DNA of 64,000 nucleotides, taken from the NCBI GenBank assembly GCA_005877615.1, contig VBOD01000106.1:2398-66397 (forward strand), read 5' to 3'. The notes beneath the pieces were generated by a model, which had not been told where the DNA came from, made no database searches, and saw nothing but the letters and a program-made list of their open reading frames with translations. Position 1 is the first letter of the stretch. Every line of letters begins with the position of its first letter. A program made the translations under genes and the position numbers. This document shows, piece after piece, positions 24,417 to 35,201 of this stretch. Source of the DNA: Nitrospirota bacterium. GTDB taxonomy: Bacteria > Nitrospirota > Nitrospiria > Nitrospirales > NS-4.

Positions 24417-25898
24417 ATGCTGTGGTCCCTTGTGCTGCTGATCGCTGCGCCCCTCCTGGCAGGGCTGGGAAGCCTCCTGGTCAGCGATCGTCGTGTGGCG
24501 GAGGCGCTTCAATACGGACAGGCCGTGATCCTGTTCGCTGCCGGTGCCCATGTGGTGGCCGGAGTCGGTACGGGCGAACCCGCGACAGTCGGTTTGCTGC
24601 TGTACACCGATGCGCTCAGCGCTTGGCTGGATCTCGTGCTCGCCGTGGTCGGGGCTACCGGGACGCTGTTCGCCGTGGGTTATCTGGATGAGCAATTCGA
24701 CCGCGGGCTCCTGTCACTCAGGCGGTTTCGTCAGTTCTTTTGTCTTTTCGATCTCTTTCTCGCTGCCATGCTCATAGCGGTCAACGTCGCGGACGTCGCC
24801 CTCATGTGGATCGCAATCGAGGGCTCGACTCTTGCGGCAGCCCTGCTTATCGCCTTCGAGCGCAATAAGGCGGCGCTGGAGGCAGGGTGGAAGTTCATGA
24901 TCCTGGGTTCGGTGGGAATCGCCCTGGCATTGTTCGGGACGATCATCCTGTATTACACATCTGAGCACGTGCTCGGTGTGACGAGTGACGCGCTTCGCTG
25001 GTCCGAGCTGTACCGGGTCGCCGGATCCCTCGACCCGACGGCGATCAAGGTCGCCTTTGTCTTCGTGCTGATCGGGTATGGGACGAAGGCCGGCGTGGCG
25101 CCGATGCATTCCTGGCTGCCTGACGCGCATGCTGAGGCGCCAACCCCGGTGAGCGCGATGCTTTCGGCGAATATGCTCACGGTGGCCGTCTATGCCATCC
25201 TACGGTTTAAGGCGGTGGCGGATCGGGCTGTCGGGACGGTGTTCACCGGGAACCTCATGATCGGACTGGGTCTGCTCTCAGTGGCCATCGCAGCCGTACT
25301 CCTCTTGGTGCAGCGCGACTACAAGCGTCTCTTCGCGTATTCAAGCATCGAGCATATCGGAATCGCCCTGATCGGGTTCGGCATCGGGGGAGTAGGTGTC
25401 TTCGCCGGCGCGTGGCACCTGCTGAACCACGCGCTCGCCAAGTCAACCGCTTTCTACGGGGCAGGGTGGGTGCTGCTGCGATACGAACATAAAATGTTGG
25501 ATCGGGTGACAGGGCTTCTTCGGCAGATGCCGCTCGCGGGTTCGGCCGTCGTACTTGCCGGTGTGGCGCTGGCGGGCATGCCCCCCTTTGGACTGTTTGC
25601 GAGCGAGTTGCTGATCATCATCGGAGCCTATGCGGTCAGGCCCGTGGTGGCCTACCTCTTTTTGTCGCTGCTGAGCCTTGCTTTCGCCACTCTCCTGTAT
25701 CACGTGCTCCGGATGGCGCTGGGCGAACCGACAGAAACAGGTCGGGCGGTAGGCGCCCGAAGTCGTGTGCTCCTGTCCACAGCGGTCGTGATCAACTTGG
25801 CGGCGCTGGGTGCGATCGGGCTCCAGGTACCATCGGACTTGGCCAGTCTGTTGGAGGCTATTACTCGCCTATTGGGTGGACGAATGGTGATTCCATAG
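24417..25898 (+). CDS. HyfF/NuoN-like antiporter-type membrane subunit
   Basis: 493 aa and polytopic. GYGTKAGVAPMHSWLPDAHAEAPTPVSA and SSIEHIGIALIGFG are NuoM/N-type signatures. Confidence 0.85.
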   Translation: MLWSLVLLIAAPLLAGLGSLLVSDRRVAEALQYGQAVILFAAGAHVVAGVGTGEPATVGLLLYTDALSAWLDLVLAVVGATGTLFAVGYLDEQFDRGLLSLRRFRQFFCLFDLFLAAMLIAVNVADVALMWIAIEGSTLAAALLIAFERNKAALEAGWKFMILGSVGIALALFGTIILYYTSEHVLGVTSDALRWSELYRVAGSLDPTAIKVAFVFVLIGYGTKAGVAPMHSWLPDAHAEAPTPVSAMLSANMLTVAVYAILRFKAVADRAVGTVFTGNLMIGLGLLSVAIAAVLLLVQRDYKRLFAYSSIEHIGIALIGFGIGGVGVFAGAWHLLNHALAKSTAFYGAGWVLLRYEHKMLDRVTGLLRQMPLAGSAVVLAGVALAGMPPFGLFASELLIIIGAYAVRPVVAYLFLSLLSLAFATLLYHVLRMALGEPTETGRAVGARSRVLLSTAVVINLAALGAIGLQVPSDLASLLEAITRLLGGRMVIP

Positions 25899-25932
25899 TG
25901 GCTGACGTAGTTGAGCGTGGAAGAGAGGTGAC

Positions 25933-27528
25933 ATGATGTCCGATGTGACGACTCCCGTCGAGAAGCTGCGTGCAGCATTCGGAAAGACCATCGCGGACGT
26001 TGCTATCCTTCATGGGATTCCACTCGTACGGGTGGGGAAAGCCGATGTGCCGCTTGTTGCCCATTACCTGCACACCCATCCCGAGCTGCAAGGAACGCTG
26101 TCGCTGCTGTGGGCTGTCGATCATCGTCCCCGCGAAAAGCGTTACGAGCTCAGTTACCTGTTCACGCTGTCGGAGCCACGGCAGTGGTTACTGCTGGCTA
26201 CGGACCTGCTGGGAGAGGACCGGCTGTTTCCCTCCATCACGCCTCACATCCATGCCGCCCAATGGTACGAGCGCGAGATCCGAGACATGTTCGGGTTGAT
26301 CGCGAATGGGCATCCAGACTTGCGTCGTCTCGTCAGACATGAGCACTGGCCCAAGGGGACACACCCGCTCAGGAAGGACTTCATGTGGAATACCGTGTTG
26401 GAGCGTCAACAGGGGCAGTACGCCTTTCGCCACATCGAGGGCGAAGGGGTCTTTGAGGTCCCGGTCGGGCCGATCCATGCGGGGATCATCGAACCGGGGC
26501 ACTTCCGCTTTTCCGTGGCCGGGGAGCCGGTCCTGCAACTGGAGATTCGGCACTTCTGGAAACACCGCGGAGTGGAGAAGCTCTTCGAAAATCTGTCTCT
26601 CGGAACGGGCGTCGCGCTCGCCGAGAAGGTATCCGGAGATACCTCATTCGGCCATAGCCTCTGCTACTGCCAGGCGGCCGAGAGCCTCCTAGGCATCGAG
26701 ATACCGCCACGCGCCCGGTATCTACGTACCCTGTTCCTAGAGCTGGAGCGGCTGCACAACCACCTCGGGGACGTCGGAGCCATCTGCAACGATACCGCTT
26801 ACACGTTGGCCCATGCCCATTGCAGCCGCATGAAGGAGCAGATCATGCAACTCAACGATCGTCTCACCGGCTCCCGATTCCTCCGCGCCGTCAACCGCGT
26901 CGGCGGCATCGCCGTCGATCTCGATGCCGCCCAGCTCGGCCAGGTGGTCGCCGAACTCAATCAAATCGAAAAGGACTTCACCGAACTGGAATCGATCATC
27001 TTTCTCAACGCATCCCTTACGGACCGGTTGGAGACGACGGGCGTCCTCAATGAACGTACCGCCTTCGACCACGGGGTCGTGGGGGTGGTGGGGCGAGCTT
27101 CGAACATCAACCGGGACATCCGCCGTGACCGTCCGTTCGCGGCTTACGATGATCTGCAGGTCAACGTAGCCCTTTACCGTTACGGTGACGTGCGGGCGCG
27201 GATGCGCGTCCGCATGGACGAGATCCACGAGTCCATCCGGCTCATCAGGGAAGTTCACACACGGGTCCCGCAGGGCTCGATCATGGCCCCATCGGCTCGC
27301 GTGCCCGTCGCCGGTGAGTGGGCGCTCTCGGCCGTGGAAGGCTGGCGCGGGGAGATCCTCTATTTCATCATGGCCGGACAGGACGGTGCGATCCACCGGT
27401 GCAAGGTTCGCGACCCATCGTTCGTGAATTGGCCAGCCATCCAGTTCGCGGTCCTGGGGAACATCATTCCGGATTTCCCCTTGATCAATAAAAGTTTCAA
27501 TCTGTCTTACGCGGGGAACGATCTGTAG
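25933..27528 (+). CDS. Fused NuoC-NuoD / HyfG-HycE-like large subunit lacking the NiFe-ligating cysteines
   Basis: 531 aa. N-terminal NuoC-like domain (ERE-IRDMFG) plus a NuoD/large-subunit body (GPIHAGIIEPGHFRF, RHFWKHRGVEK, ELERLHNHL). The L1 position reads VSGDTSFGH (26629-26655). The C-terminus reads NLSYAGNDL-stop (27499-27528) instead of DPCxxCxxR. Confidence 0.85.
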   Translation: MMSDVTTPVEKLRAAFGKTIADVAILHGIPLVRVGKADVPLVAHYLHTHPELQGTLSLLWAVDHRPREKRYELSYLFTLSEPRQWLLLATDLLGEDRLFPSITPHIHAAQWYEREIRDMFGLIANGHPDLRRLVRHEHWPKGTHPLRKDFMWNTVLERQQGQYAFRHIEGEGVFEVPVGPIHAGIIEPGHFRFSVAGEPVLQLEIRHFWKHRGVEKLFENLSLGTGVALAEKVSGDTSFGHSLCYCQAAESLLGIEIPPRARYLRTLFLELERLHNHLGDVGAICNDTAYTLAHAHCSRMKEQIMQLNDRLTGSRFLRAVNRVGGIAVDLDAAQLGQVVAELNQIEKDFTELESIIFLNASLTDRLETTGVLNERTAFDHGVVGVVGRASNINRDIRRDRPFAAYDDLQVNVALYRYGDVRARMRVRMDEIHESIRLIREVHTRVPQGSIMAPSARVPVAGEWALSAVEGWRGEILYFIMAGQDGAIHRCKVRDPSFVNWPAIQFAVLGNIIPDFPLINKSFNLSYAGNDL

Positions 27529-27539
27529 GGAGGCCAACG

Positions 27540-28049
27540 ATGTTTCGCATCCTGAGAAAAAGCCTGAAAACTCGGATCGTCACGGGACGCTACCAAGAGG
27601 CTTCGCCAAGCGACGCCCATGTGTCACAGGAAGCCAGCCGGAAGGCGCGACCCTTTCGCCGGTCGCTGACCATCCGCGAGGTAGACACCGGGTCCTGCAA
27701 TGCTTGCGAGATGGAGATGAACGCGCTTATGAACCCGATCTACGATGCGGACCGGTTCGGGGTTCACATCGCCGCGTCCCCGCGGCACGCCGACGCACTG
27801 GTGGTGACGGGCCCCGTGACGGTCAACATGGAAAAAGCGCTGAAGGATGCGTACCGCACGACGCCCGATCCGAAGCTGGTCATCGCGCTCGGAGACTGCG
27901 CCTGTGACTGTGGGATGTTCAAGGGAAGCTATGGGGTCACCGGCCCCGTGGAGCGCCATGTGCCGGTGGACGTGAAGGTCCGCGGCTGTCCCCCGCGACC
28001 GGCCGAGATCCTGCAGGTTCTGCAGCGTCTGCAGGGACAGCGCGACTGA
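27540..28049 (+). CDS. HyfI/HycG/NuoB-like small subunit ([4Fe-4S] cysteines retained)
   Basis: 169 aa. GSCNACEME, ALGDCACDCG and VRGCPPRP supply the four Cys expected for the proximal (N2-type) cluster. Confidence 0.85.
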   Translation: MFRILRKSLKTRIVTGRYQEASPSDAHVSQEASRKARPFRRSLTIREVDTGSCNACEMEMNALMNPIYDADRFGVHIAASPRHADALVVTGPVTVNMEKALKDAYRTTPDPKLVIALGDCACDCGMFKGSYGVTGPVERHVPVDVKVRGCPPRPAEILQVLQRLQGQRD

Positions 28050-28085
28050 CCCACAACAGGCAGGCAACGGAGCAATCCTTCCAAT

Positions 28086-28523
28086 CTACATCCGCTTTTC
28101 ATCCAGCTCGATGTTGTCCACCCACGTGGCGGTACGGGGGAGCTGTTCGACGGGAACGCCACGCTTGGCGGCGATTTCAGCGCGGCGCGCCTGAAAGCGC
28201 TGGCGCGCGGCCTCGTCCTTGGGACCGCCGTTCAGGATCCGCTCATTCCACTGGCGAATATCCTCGTCCGTGAGAGGACGGGCATGCGCCTTGACCCAGG
28301 CAAGGATCTCCGCATCGGTCACGCCTTGCAGCACGCGCTTTTCGAAGTCTTCCCCTTTGATCTGGAGAAAGTCGAGCAGGTACTTGTCGAACCCGACCGT
28401 GATGTAGTTGTAGTCCTGGATCAGGCCGGCGTGGCGCATGCGAATCTTGTCAATGAAGCGCGCCAGGTGCGCCATCCCGCCCAGCAGGATCTTCGGGCTT
28501 CGCGGATATTTCTGTGTGATCAT
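28086..28523 (-). CDS. DUF5069-like protein
   Basis: 145 aa. The N-terminus YPRSPKILLGGMAHLARFIDKIR matches my recollection of DUF5069. Its ATG overlaps the toxin gene's TGA (ATGA). Confidence 0.6.
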   Translation of the reverse strand: MITQKYPRSPKILLGGMAHLARFIDKIRMRHAGLIQDYNYITVGFDKYLLDFLQIKGEDFEKRVLQGVTDAEILAWVKAHARPLTDEDIRQWNERILNGGPKDEAARQRFQARRAEIAAKRGVPVEQLPRTATWVDNIELDEKRM

Positions 28524-28783
28524 GTTGTTAAATCCTTGCCGTGAGTAATCATGTGTATATCCACGAGATGCTCGTTCTGATCAATCGAGTAGAAGATCCG
28601 CCACTCACCCACGGCGTATTTGGACAAACCGGGCAGGTCCGGCGCAATCGGCTCGTGTCGGAGATTCTCCACGTTGGAAGCGAGCCACTTGGTCTTGTCG
28701 AGCAACCGCTGGGCCACAGCTTTCTCGATCTTGGCCAGATCATCCAGCACGACCGGCCGATAGGCGATGCGGTACCATGCCAT
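28520..28783 (-). CDS. RelE/ParE-family type II toxin
   Basis: Internal ATG 28783 gives an 87-aa protein (MAWYRIAYRPVVLDDLAKI...GEWRIFYSIDQNEHLVDIHMITH) with typical RelE/ParE size and pattern. The ORF-track extension to 28996 overlaps the antitoxin. Confidence 0.75.
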   Translation of the reverse strand: MAWYRIAYRPVVLDDLAKIEKAVAQRLLDKTKWLASNVENLRHEPIAPDLPGLSKYAVGEWRIFYSIDQNEHLVDIHMITHGKDLTT

Positions 28784-28785
28784 GC

Positions 28786-28989
28786 TTACCACCGCAGACC
28801 GAGTTTCTCGGCCACTTCCTCTCCCGTGATGCGCGCGGAGGACGCCAGGGACTGTTTGAGCCGCGCCCGGATCGCCGAGCCCATCTCCATACCCAGGTCG
28901 GGATCGCCGAGGAGTTCGCGTAACCGATCGTCCACGATCCCCTTGACCAGTTCCCTGAGCTCCTCCAGCGTGAGGTCCGAGAACTTCAT
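28786..28989 (-). CDS. Putative antitoxin partner of the RelE/ParE toxin
   Basis: 67-aa ORF ending 2 nt before the toxin start, which is the canonical antitoxin-first arrangement. The family was not identified from sequence. Confidence 0.5.
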   Translation of the reverse strand: MKFSDLTLEELRELVKGIVDDRLRELLGDPDLGMEMGSAIRARLKQSLASSARITGEEVAEKLGLRW

Positions 28990-29074
28990 GATGCACGTCC
29001 CCGCAATCTGGCTTACAATGAATCCCAGTTAAAACCGCGCAAACCGATCATCAACAGAGCATACGGAGGATGCC

Positions 29075-29359
29075 ATGGCAAAAGCAATCTGGAACGGGGC
29101 CGTGCTCGCCGAAAGCAACAAGTGCGAGATCGTCGAAGGCAATCACTACTTCCCGCCCGATGCAATCAAACGTCAATACTTCAAACCGAGCGCAGCGCAC
29201 ACGACCTGCCCGTGGAAGGGCGAGGCCAGCTACTATGACGTAGATGTGAACGGCCAGGTCAACAAGGACGCCGCCTGGTATTACCCATCGCCCAAGGACG
29301 CGGCCAAGAACATCACTGGCTATGTCGCCTTCTGGAAAGGCGTCAAGGTAGAGGCCTAG
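29075..29359 (+). CDS. DUF427-like protein
   Basis: 94 aa. VEGNHYFPPD...TCPWKGEASYYDV...AAWYYPSP is the DUF427 signature. Confidence 0.75.
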   Translation: MAKAIWNGAVLAESNKCEIVEGNHYFPPDAIKRQYFKPSAAHTTCPWKGEASYYDVDVNGQVNKDAAWYYPSPKDAAKNITGYVAFWKGVKVEA

Positions 29360-29367
29360 GCCGCACC

Positions 29368-30087
29368 GTGAAGCGCCTGGCGGGCAAGATCGCGATCGTG
29401 ACGGGGAGCAGCAGCGGGATCGGCAAGGCGATCGCGTTGACATTCGGCAAAGAAGGCGCAGCGGTGGTCATCGCGGCTCGACGTAAAGATTTATGCGAGA
29501 AAACGGTCGCACAAATTCGGAAAGAGGGCGGGGACGCAATGGCGATTCAAACAGACGTCACCGACGAGGCGCAGGTGGAGCGCCTCATCACTGAGACCGT
29601 CAAGCGGTACGGGCGGCTCGACCTCCTGGTCAACAACGCTGGGATCGGCGGCGGCGGGCGCATCGAGAGCACCAGCACCGAAACCTTCGATCGCGTATTG
29701 AACACCAATTTGCGCGGCACCTTCTTCTGCTGCCGCGCGGGCTTTCGCCAGATGAAACAGAACGGCGGCGGCACCATCATCAACATGTCCAGCGTGGCCG
29801 GCGTCCAGGCGTGGACAGGAACCGGCACCTACAGCGCGTCGAAGCACGGCATCATGGCCTTGACGAAATCTCTTGCCGATGAAGGCCGGGCTTACAAGAT
29901 CAAGGCCAGCGCCATCTGCCCGGGCGGTGTCGCCGACGAACTGGTAGACGCGACACCCGATGAGATCCTGCGCAGCGAGCAGATCAGCCCGTACGACATC
30001 GCGGAGACTGCGGTATATCTCGCCACACTCGGCCCTTACACCGTTGTGCACCAGATCATTGTGGACCGTCTGGGCGCGGATTGGTGA
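29368..30087 (+). CDS. Short-chain dehydrogenase/reductase (SDR) family oxidoreductase
   Basis: 239 aa (GTG start). TGSSSGIG cofactor motif, NNAG, and catalytic S...YSASK. Confidence 0.9.
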   Translation: MKRLAGKIAIVTGSSSGIGKAIALTFGKEGAAVVIAARRKDLCEKTVAQIRKEGGDAMAIQTDVTDEAQVERLITETVKRYGRLDLLVNNAGIGGGGRIESTSTETFDRVLNTNLRGTFFCCRAGFRQMKQNGGGTIINMSSVAGVQAWTGTGTYSASKHGIMALTKSLADEGRAYKIKASAICPGGVADELVDATPDEILRSEQISPYDIAETAVYLATLGPYTVVHQIIVDRLGADW

Positions 30088-30089
30088 GA

Positions 30090-31328
<1,239 letters not shown>

Positions 31329-31332
31329 AACC

Positions 31333-32253
31333 ATGAGCCTCAAGCGCAAAGACCTGCTCGGCATCCAGGACTTGACGGTGGAGGAGATCCAGCTCGTCCT
31401 GGAGACTGCTGAGTCCTTCAAGGAGGTCACGGGGCGCGAGATCAAGAAGGTTCCGACCCTCCGCGGCAAGACCGTCGTGAACCTGTTCTTCGAGCCCAGC
31501 ACCCGCACGCGGACCTCCTTCGAGCTGGCGGCCAAGCGGCTGAGCGCCGACGTGATCAACTTCGCGGCGTCCGCCAGCAGCGTGGTCAAGGGCGAGACCC
31601 TGCTTGACACGGCCCGCAACATCGAGGCCATGCAGGCCGACTTCATCATCCTGCGCCACCCGGCGGCCGGCGCGCCGAACATTCTGGCCCGGCTGCTGCG
31701 GGCCTCGGTCATCAACGCCGGGGACGGCGGACACGAACACCCGACGCAGGCCCTCCTGGACCTCTACACGCTGCAGGAGAAGAAGCGCGCGTTCAAGGGA
31801 CTGCGTCTGGCGATCGTCGGGGATATCGCCCACAGCCGTGTGGCCCGTTCCAACATCTACGCCCTCGTGAAGATGGGCGCGGAGGTGCGGGTCGCCGGCC
31901 CGCCGACGATGATGCCCCAGGAGATCGAGCGGCTAGGCGTGACCCTGTTCCACAACCTGGATGAGGCGCTGCGCGGCGTGGACGTCATCATGATGCTCCG
32001 GCTGCAGCTCGAGCGCCAGGGCATCGCCCTCTTCCCGAGCATCCGCGAATACTCGCGGCTCTACTGCCTCACGCCGGAGCGGATGAAGCTGGCGACCCCG
32101 GACGTTCTCGTGATGCATCCCGGGCCGATCAACCGGGGCGTGGAGATCGCCCCGGAAGTGGCGGACAGCGTGTCGTCTGTGATCCTCGACCAGGTGACCA
32201 ACGGCGTCGCGGTCCGCATGGCGGTCCTCTACCTCTTATCGGGCGCGAAATGA
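31333..32253 (+). CDS. pyrB: Aspartate carbamoyltransferase catalytic subunit
   Basis: ATG 31333 ([11 protein letters not shown]). [21 protein letters not shown] and HPGP motifs are present. Confidence 0.95.
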   Translation: MSLKRKDLLGIQDLTVEEIQLVLETAESFKEVTGREIKKVPTLRGKTVVNLFFEPSTRTRTSFELAAKRLSADVINFAASASSVVKGETLLDTARNIEAMQADFIILRHPAAGAPNILARLLRASVINAGDGGHEHPTQALLDLYTLQEKKRAFKGLRLAIVGDIAHSRVARSNIYALVKMGAEVRVAGPPTMMPQEIERLGVTLFHNLDEALRGVDVIMMLRLQLERQGIALFPSIREYSRLYCLTPERMKLATPDVLVMHPGPINRGVEIAPEVADSVSSVILDQVTNGVAVRMAVLYLLSGAK

Positions 32254-33518
32254 CCGTCGTTATCCACAAGGGCCGCGTCATTGACCCGGGCCGGATCAAC
32301 GGCCCGGCCGACGTCCTGATCCAGGACGGAAAGATCGCGCAGGTCGGTAAGGGACTGGCCGTACCACCCGGTGCCACCGCGCTGGACGCCACCGGCAAGT
32401 GGGTCCTGCCGGGATTCGTCGACCTGCACGTGCATCTGCGCGAGCCTGGGTTCGAATACAAGGAGACGATCCAGACCGGCACGGCGGCAGCCGTCGCGGG
32501 CGGCTTCACCAGCGTCTGCTGCATGCCGAACACGTCGCCGGTGAATGACAACCAGTCTGTGACGGAGTTCATCCTGGACAAGGCCCGTGCCGCGGGCCTC
32601 GCCCACGTGTTCCCCATCGGCGCAATCACGAAGGGGTCCGAGGGCAAAGAGCTCGCGGAGTTCGGGGAGCTGAAGGACGCCGGGTGCGTGGCGGTGTCCG
32701 ACGATGGCAAGCCCGTCATGAACGGCATGGTGATGCGCCGCGCGCTCGAGTACGCGCGGGCCTTCAACCTCACGGTCGTGGACCACTGCGAGTGCCTGCA
32801 TCTTTCCGAAGGGGGGGGCATGCACGAAGGGTTGGTCGCCACCGAGTTAGGACTGTCTGGCGTTCCGGCCGCGGCGGAGGACGTCATGGTGGCAAGGAAC
32901 CTGGCCCTCGCGGAACTGACCGGCGGGCGGCTGCACCTGGCCCATCTCAGCACGGCCGGCTCGGTCCGGATGGTCCGGGAGGCCAAGGCCCGTGGCATCA
33001 AGGTCACGGCCGAGGCCTGTCCGCATCACTTTCTCCTGACCGACGAGGCAGTGCGCGAATTCAACACCAATGCGAAGATGAACCCGCCGCTGCGAAGCCG
33101 CAAGGACGTGGACGCCATCAAGGCGGGACTGAAGGATGGGACCATCGACGCCATCGCGACGGATCACGCCCCGCACGCGGACTTCGAAAAGCTGCGGGAG
33201 TTCGACTATGCCCCCTTCGGGATCGTGGGGTTGGAAACCGCCTGGGGGCTCGCTTTGACGCTGGTGGACGACGGCGTATTGTCGGTCGAACAGGTGGTCG
33301 CGTTGCTGACCGTGCAGCCGGCCCGTACGTTCGGTCTCGCCAAGGGCACCCTGGCCGTCGGGGCCGACGCGGACGTGACGATCGTGGACCCCGACGCTCA
33401 GTGGGTCGTCGAGCCCGAGCAGTTTCGTTCCAAGGGACGCAACACGCCCTTCGCCGGGTGGAAGCTGAAGGGACGGGTGACGACAACGATCGTCGGTGGG
33501 AGGGTTGTCTATCCGTAA
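32250..33518 (+). CDS. pyrC: Dihydroorotase (long, allantoinase-like type)
   Basis: 422 aa with an ATGA overlap to pyr[11 protein letters not shown] metal motif, DHAPH, and overall amidohydrolase pattern. Confidence 0.9.
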   Translation: MTVVIHKGRVIDPGRINGPADVLIQDGKIAQVGKGLAVPPGATALDATGKWVLPGFVDLHVHLREPGFEYKETIQTGTAAAVAGGFTSVCCMPNTSPVNDNQSVTEFILDKARAAGLAHVFPIGAITKGSEGKELAEFGELKDAGCVAVSDDGKPVMNGMVMRRALEYARAFNLTVVDHCECLHLSEGGGMHEGLVATELGLSGVPAAAEDVMVARNLALAELTGGRLHLAHLSTAGSVRMVREAKARGIKVTAEACPHHFLLTDEAVREFNTNAKMNPPLRSRKDVDAIKAGLKDGTIDAIATDHAPHADFEKLREFDYAPFGIVGLETAWGLALTLVDDGVLSVEQVVALLTVQPARTFGLAKGTLAVGADADVTIVDPDAQWVVEPEQFRSKGRNTPFAGWKLKGRVTTTIVGGRVVYP

Positions 33519-33987
33519 GCTCATCGTTGTATGCCAGTGCGTCGAGGTCATCGCGCTGGCGGTCTGGGTGGGGGGACTGGCGGCCATCATCGCGGCTGTC
33601 ATCCCGGCGGCCTTCAACAGCCCGATCCCGATCGAGACGGGGGGCCGGTTGCTGATGAAGACGTTTCACGGATATGACCGGCTGGTCCTGGTCTCGGCCG
33701 GTGCCCTCATGCTCAGCATGCTGGCGCGCGGCGTGGTTGCGAAGGACCTGATCGGCAGACCTGAGTGGGCCATGGCGGAGATCATGGTGATGGTGGCAGT
33801 AGGGTTGACCTTTTACCTCAATCCCGAGGTGGTGCGGCTGCAGGAGCTGGCATTCGCCACAACGGAAACTGAGGCGAAAAAAGCGGCATACGATGCCTTT
33901 TTCCACTATCATTGGATTGCGCGGATTCTCTATCTCAGCAACCTGGGATTGGGCATGACCCTCCTGTGCATGAAGGTGCGGAAATAG
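33496..33987 (+). CDS. DUF4149-like integral membrane protein
   Basis: 163 aa (GTG start, overlapping pyrC by 23 nt) with four hydrophobic helices. The N-terminus [22 protein letters not shown] is typical of the DUF4149/TMEM205-like family. Confidence 0.55.
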   Translation: MGGLSIRKLIVVCQCVEVIALAVWVGGLAAIIAAVIPAAFNSPIPIETGGRLLMKTFHGYDRLVLVSAGALMLSMLARGVVAKDLIGRPEWAMAEIMVMVAVGLTFYLNPEVVRLQELAFATTETEAKKAAYDAFFHYHWIARILYLSNLGLGMTLLCMKVRK

Positions 33988-33992
33988 GCGCG

Positions 33993-35195
33993 GTGAAGCC
34001 GGCGGTCCTCGCGTTGGCGGATGGGACCGTGTTCAAGGGCACAGCCCTGGGCGCGCCGGGAGAAACCGTCGGCGAAGTGGTGTTCAACACCGCCATGTCG
34101 GGGTATCAGGAAATTCTGACGGACCCCTCGTACCGCGGCCAGATGGTCACGATGACCTATCCGCACATCGGCAATTACGGGATCACCCCGGAGGACGTGG
34201 AGTCCTCGCGCCCGTGGTTGGCCGGTTTCATCGTGAAAGAAGCGTGCCCCTATCCGAGCAACTGGCGGAGCCGGCTGACCTTGGACGAGTATCTGTGCCA
34301 GCATGGTATCGTGGGGATCCAGGGGATCGACACGCGGGCGCTGACCACACACCTCCGTGACCACGGCTCGCAGCAGGGAGTCATCTCGCATGCGGACCTC
34401 GATCCCAAGCGGGTGGTGCGAAAGGCGCGGGAGGCCCCCAGCATCCTCGGCCGGGACTTGGTCAAGGAAGTCACCTGCGCCAAACCCTATAAATGGATGG
34501 AGAGCGCCGGTAAATGGAAAGTGGGTGCGGGAGGGGCATCACCAGACGGGGCCCACTCCCGTCAGATGGGTGCGGGAGGGACGAATGGCCGTTTCAAGGT
34601 TGTGGCCTATGACTTTGGGATCAAGTACAATATTTTGCGGCGGCTGGTAGATGAAGGCTTCGAGGTCACGGTCGTGCCGGCCTCGACCACGGCCGACGCT
34701 GCGGTGGCGCTGAATCCCGACGGGATTTTCCTGTCCAACGGTCCGGGCGACCCGGAAGGGGTTCCCTACGCGGTCGAGGCGGTACGGACGCTGCTCGGCA
34801 AGCGGCCCATCTTCGGAATCTGCCTCGGTCATCAGATCATCGGACTCGCGCTGGGATTGCAAACGTATAAGTTGAAGTTCGGGCACCACGGGGCGAACCA
34901 TCCGGTGCTCGACTTGGAGACTCGCAAGGTGGAGATCACGTCCCAGAACCACAACTTTGCGGTGCGGGGAGGGGAGGTCAGCGGAGCCGGTGCGAAACCA
35001 GCCCCGTGGACCACGGCCCATGGCCGCGTGCAACTGACCCATGTCAGCCTGAACGATGACGCCGTCGAAGGCCTGCGCTGTCTCGATCTGCCGGCGTACT
35101 CCGTCCAGTACCATCCCGAAGCCTCGCCGGGCCCGCACGACGCGAGTTATCTGTTCCACCGGTTCACCGACCTGATGACGAAAGGAAAGGCATAG
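33993..35195 (+). CDS. carA: Carbamoyl-phosphate synthase small (glutaminase) subunit
   Basis: GTG 33993 lies 5 nt after the upstream stop ([16 protein letters not shown]). [17 protein letters not shown], catalytic GICLGHQ and HPE. The ORF-track start at 33912 overlaps the previous gene. Confidence 0.9.
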   Translation: MKPAVLALADGTVFKGTALGAPGETVGEVVFNTAMSGYQEILTDPSYRGQMVTMTYPHIGNYGITPEDVESSRPWLAGFIVKEACPYPSNWRSRLTLDEYLCQHGIVGIQGIDTRALTTHLRDHGSQQGVISHADLDPKRVVRKAREAPSILGRDLVKEVTCAKPYKWMESAGKWKVGAGGASPDGAHSRQMGAGGTNGRFKVVAYDFGIKYNILRRLVDEGFEVTVVPASTTADAAVALNPDGIFLSNGPGDPEGVPYAVEAVRTLLGKRPIFGICLGHQIIGLALGLQTYKLKFGHHGANHPVLDLETRKVEITSQNHNFAVRGGEVSGAGAKPAPWTTAHGRVQLTHVSLNDDAVEGLRCLDLPAYSVQYHPEASPGPHDASYLFHRFTDLMTKGKA

Positions 35196-35201
35196 CGGAC
35201 C

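Noticed and set aside
25933-27528. Calling the large subunit a functional [NiFe] hydrogenase or formate hydrogenlyase subunit (HycE/HyfG)
   Set aside because: Both cysteine pairs needed to ligate the NiFe centre are absent, and no maturation or formate dehydrogenase genes accompany the operon. It is annotated as hydrogenase-like only.
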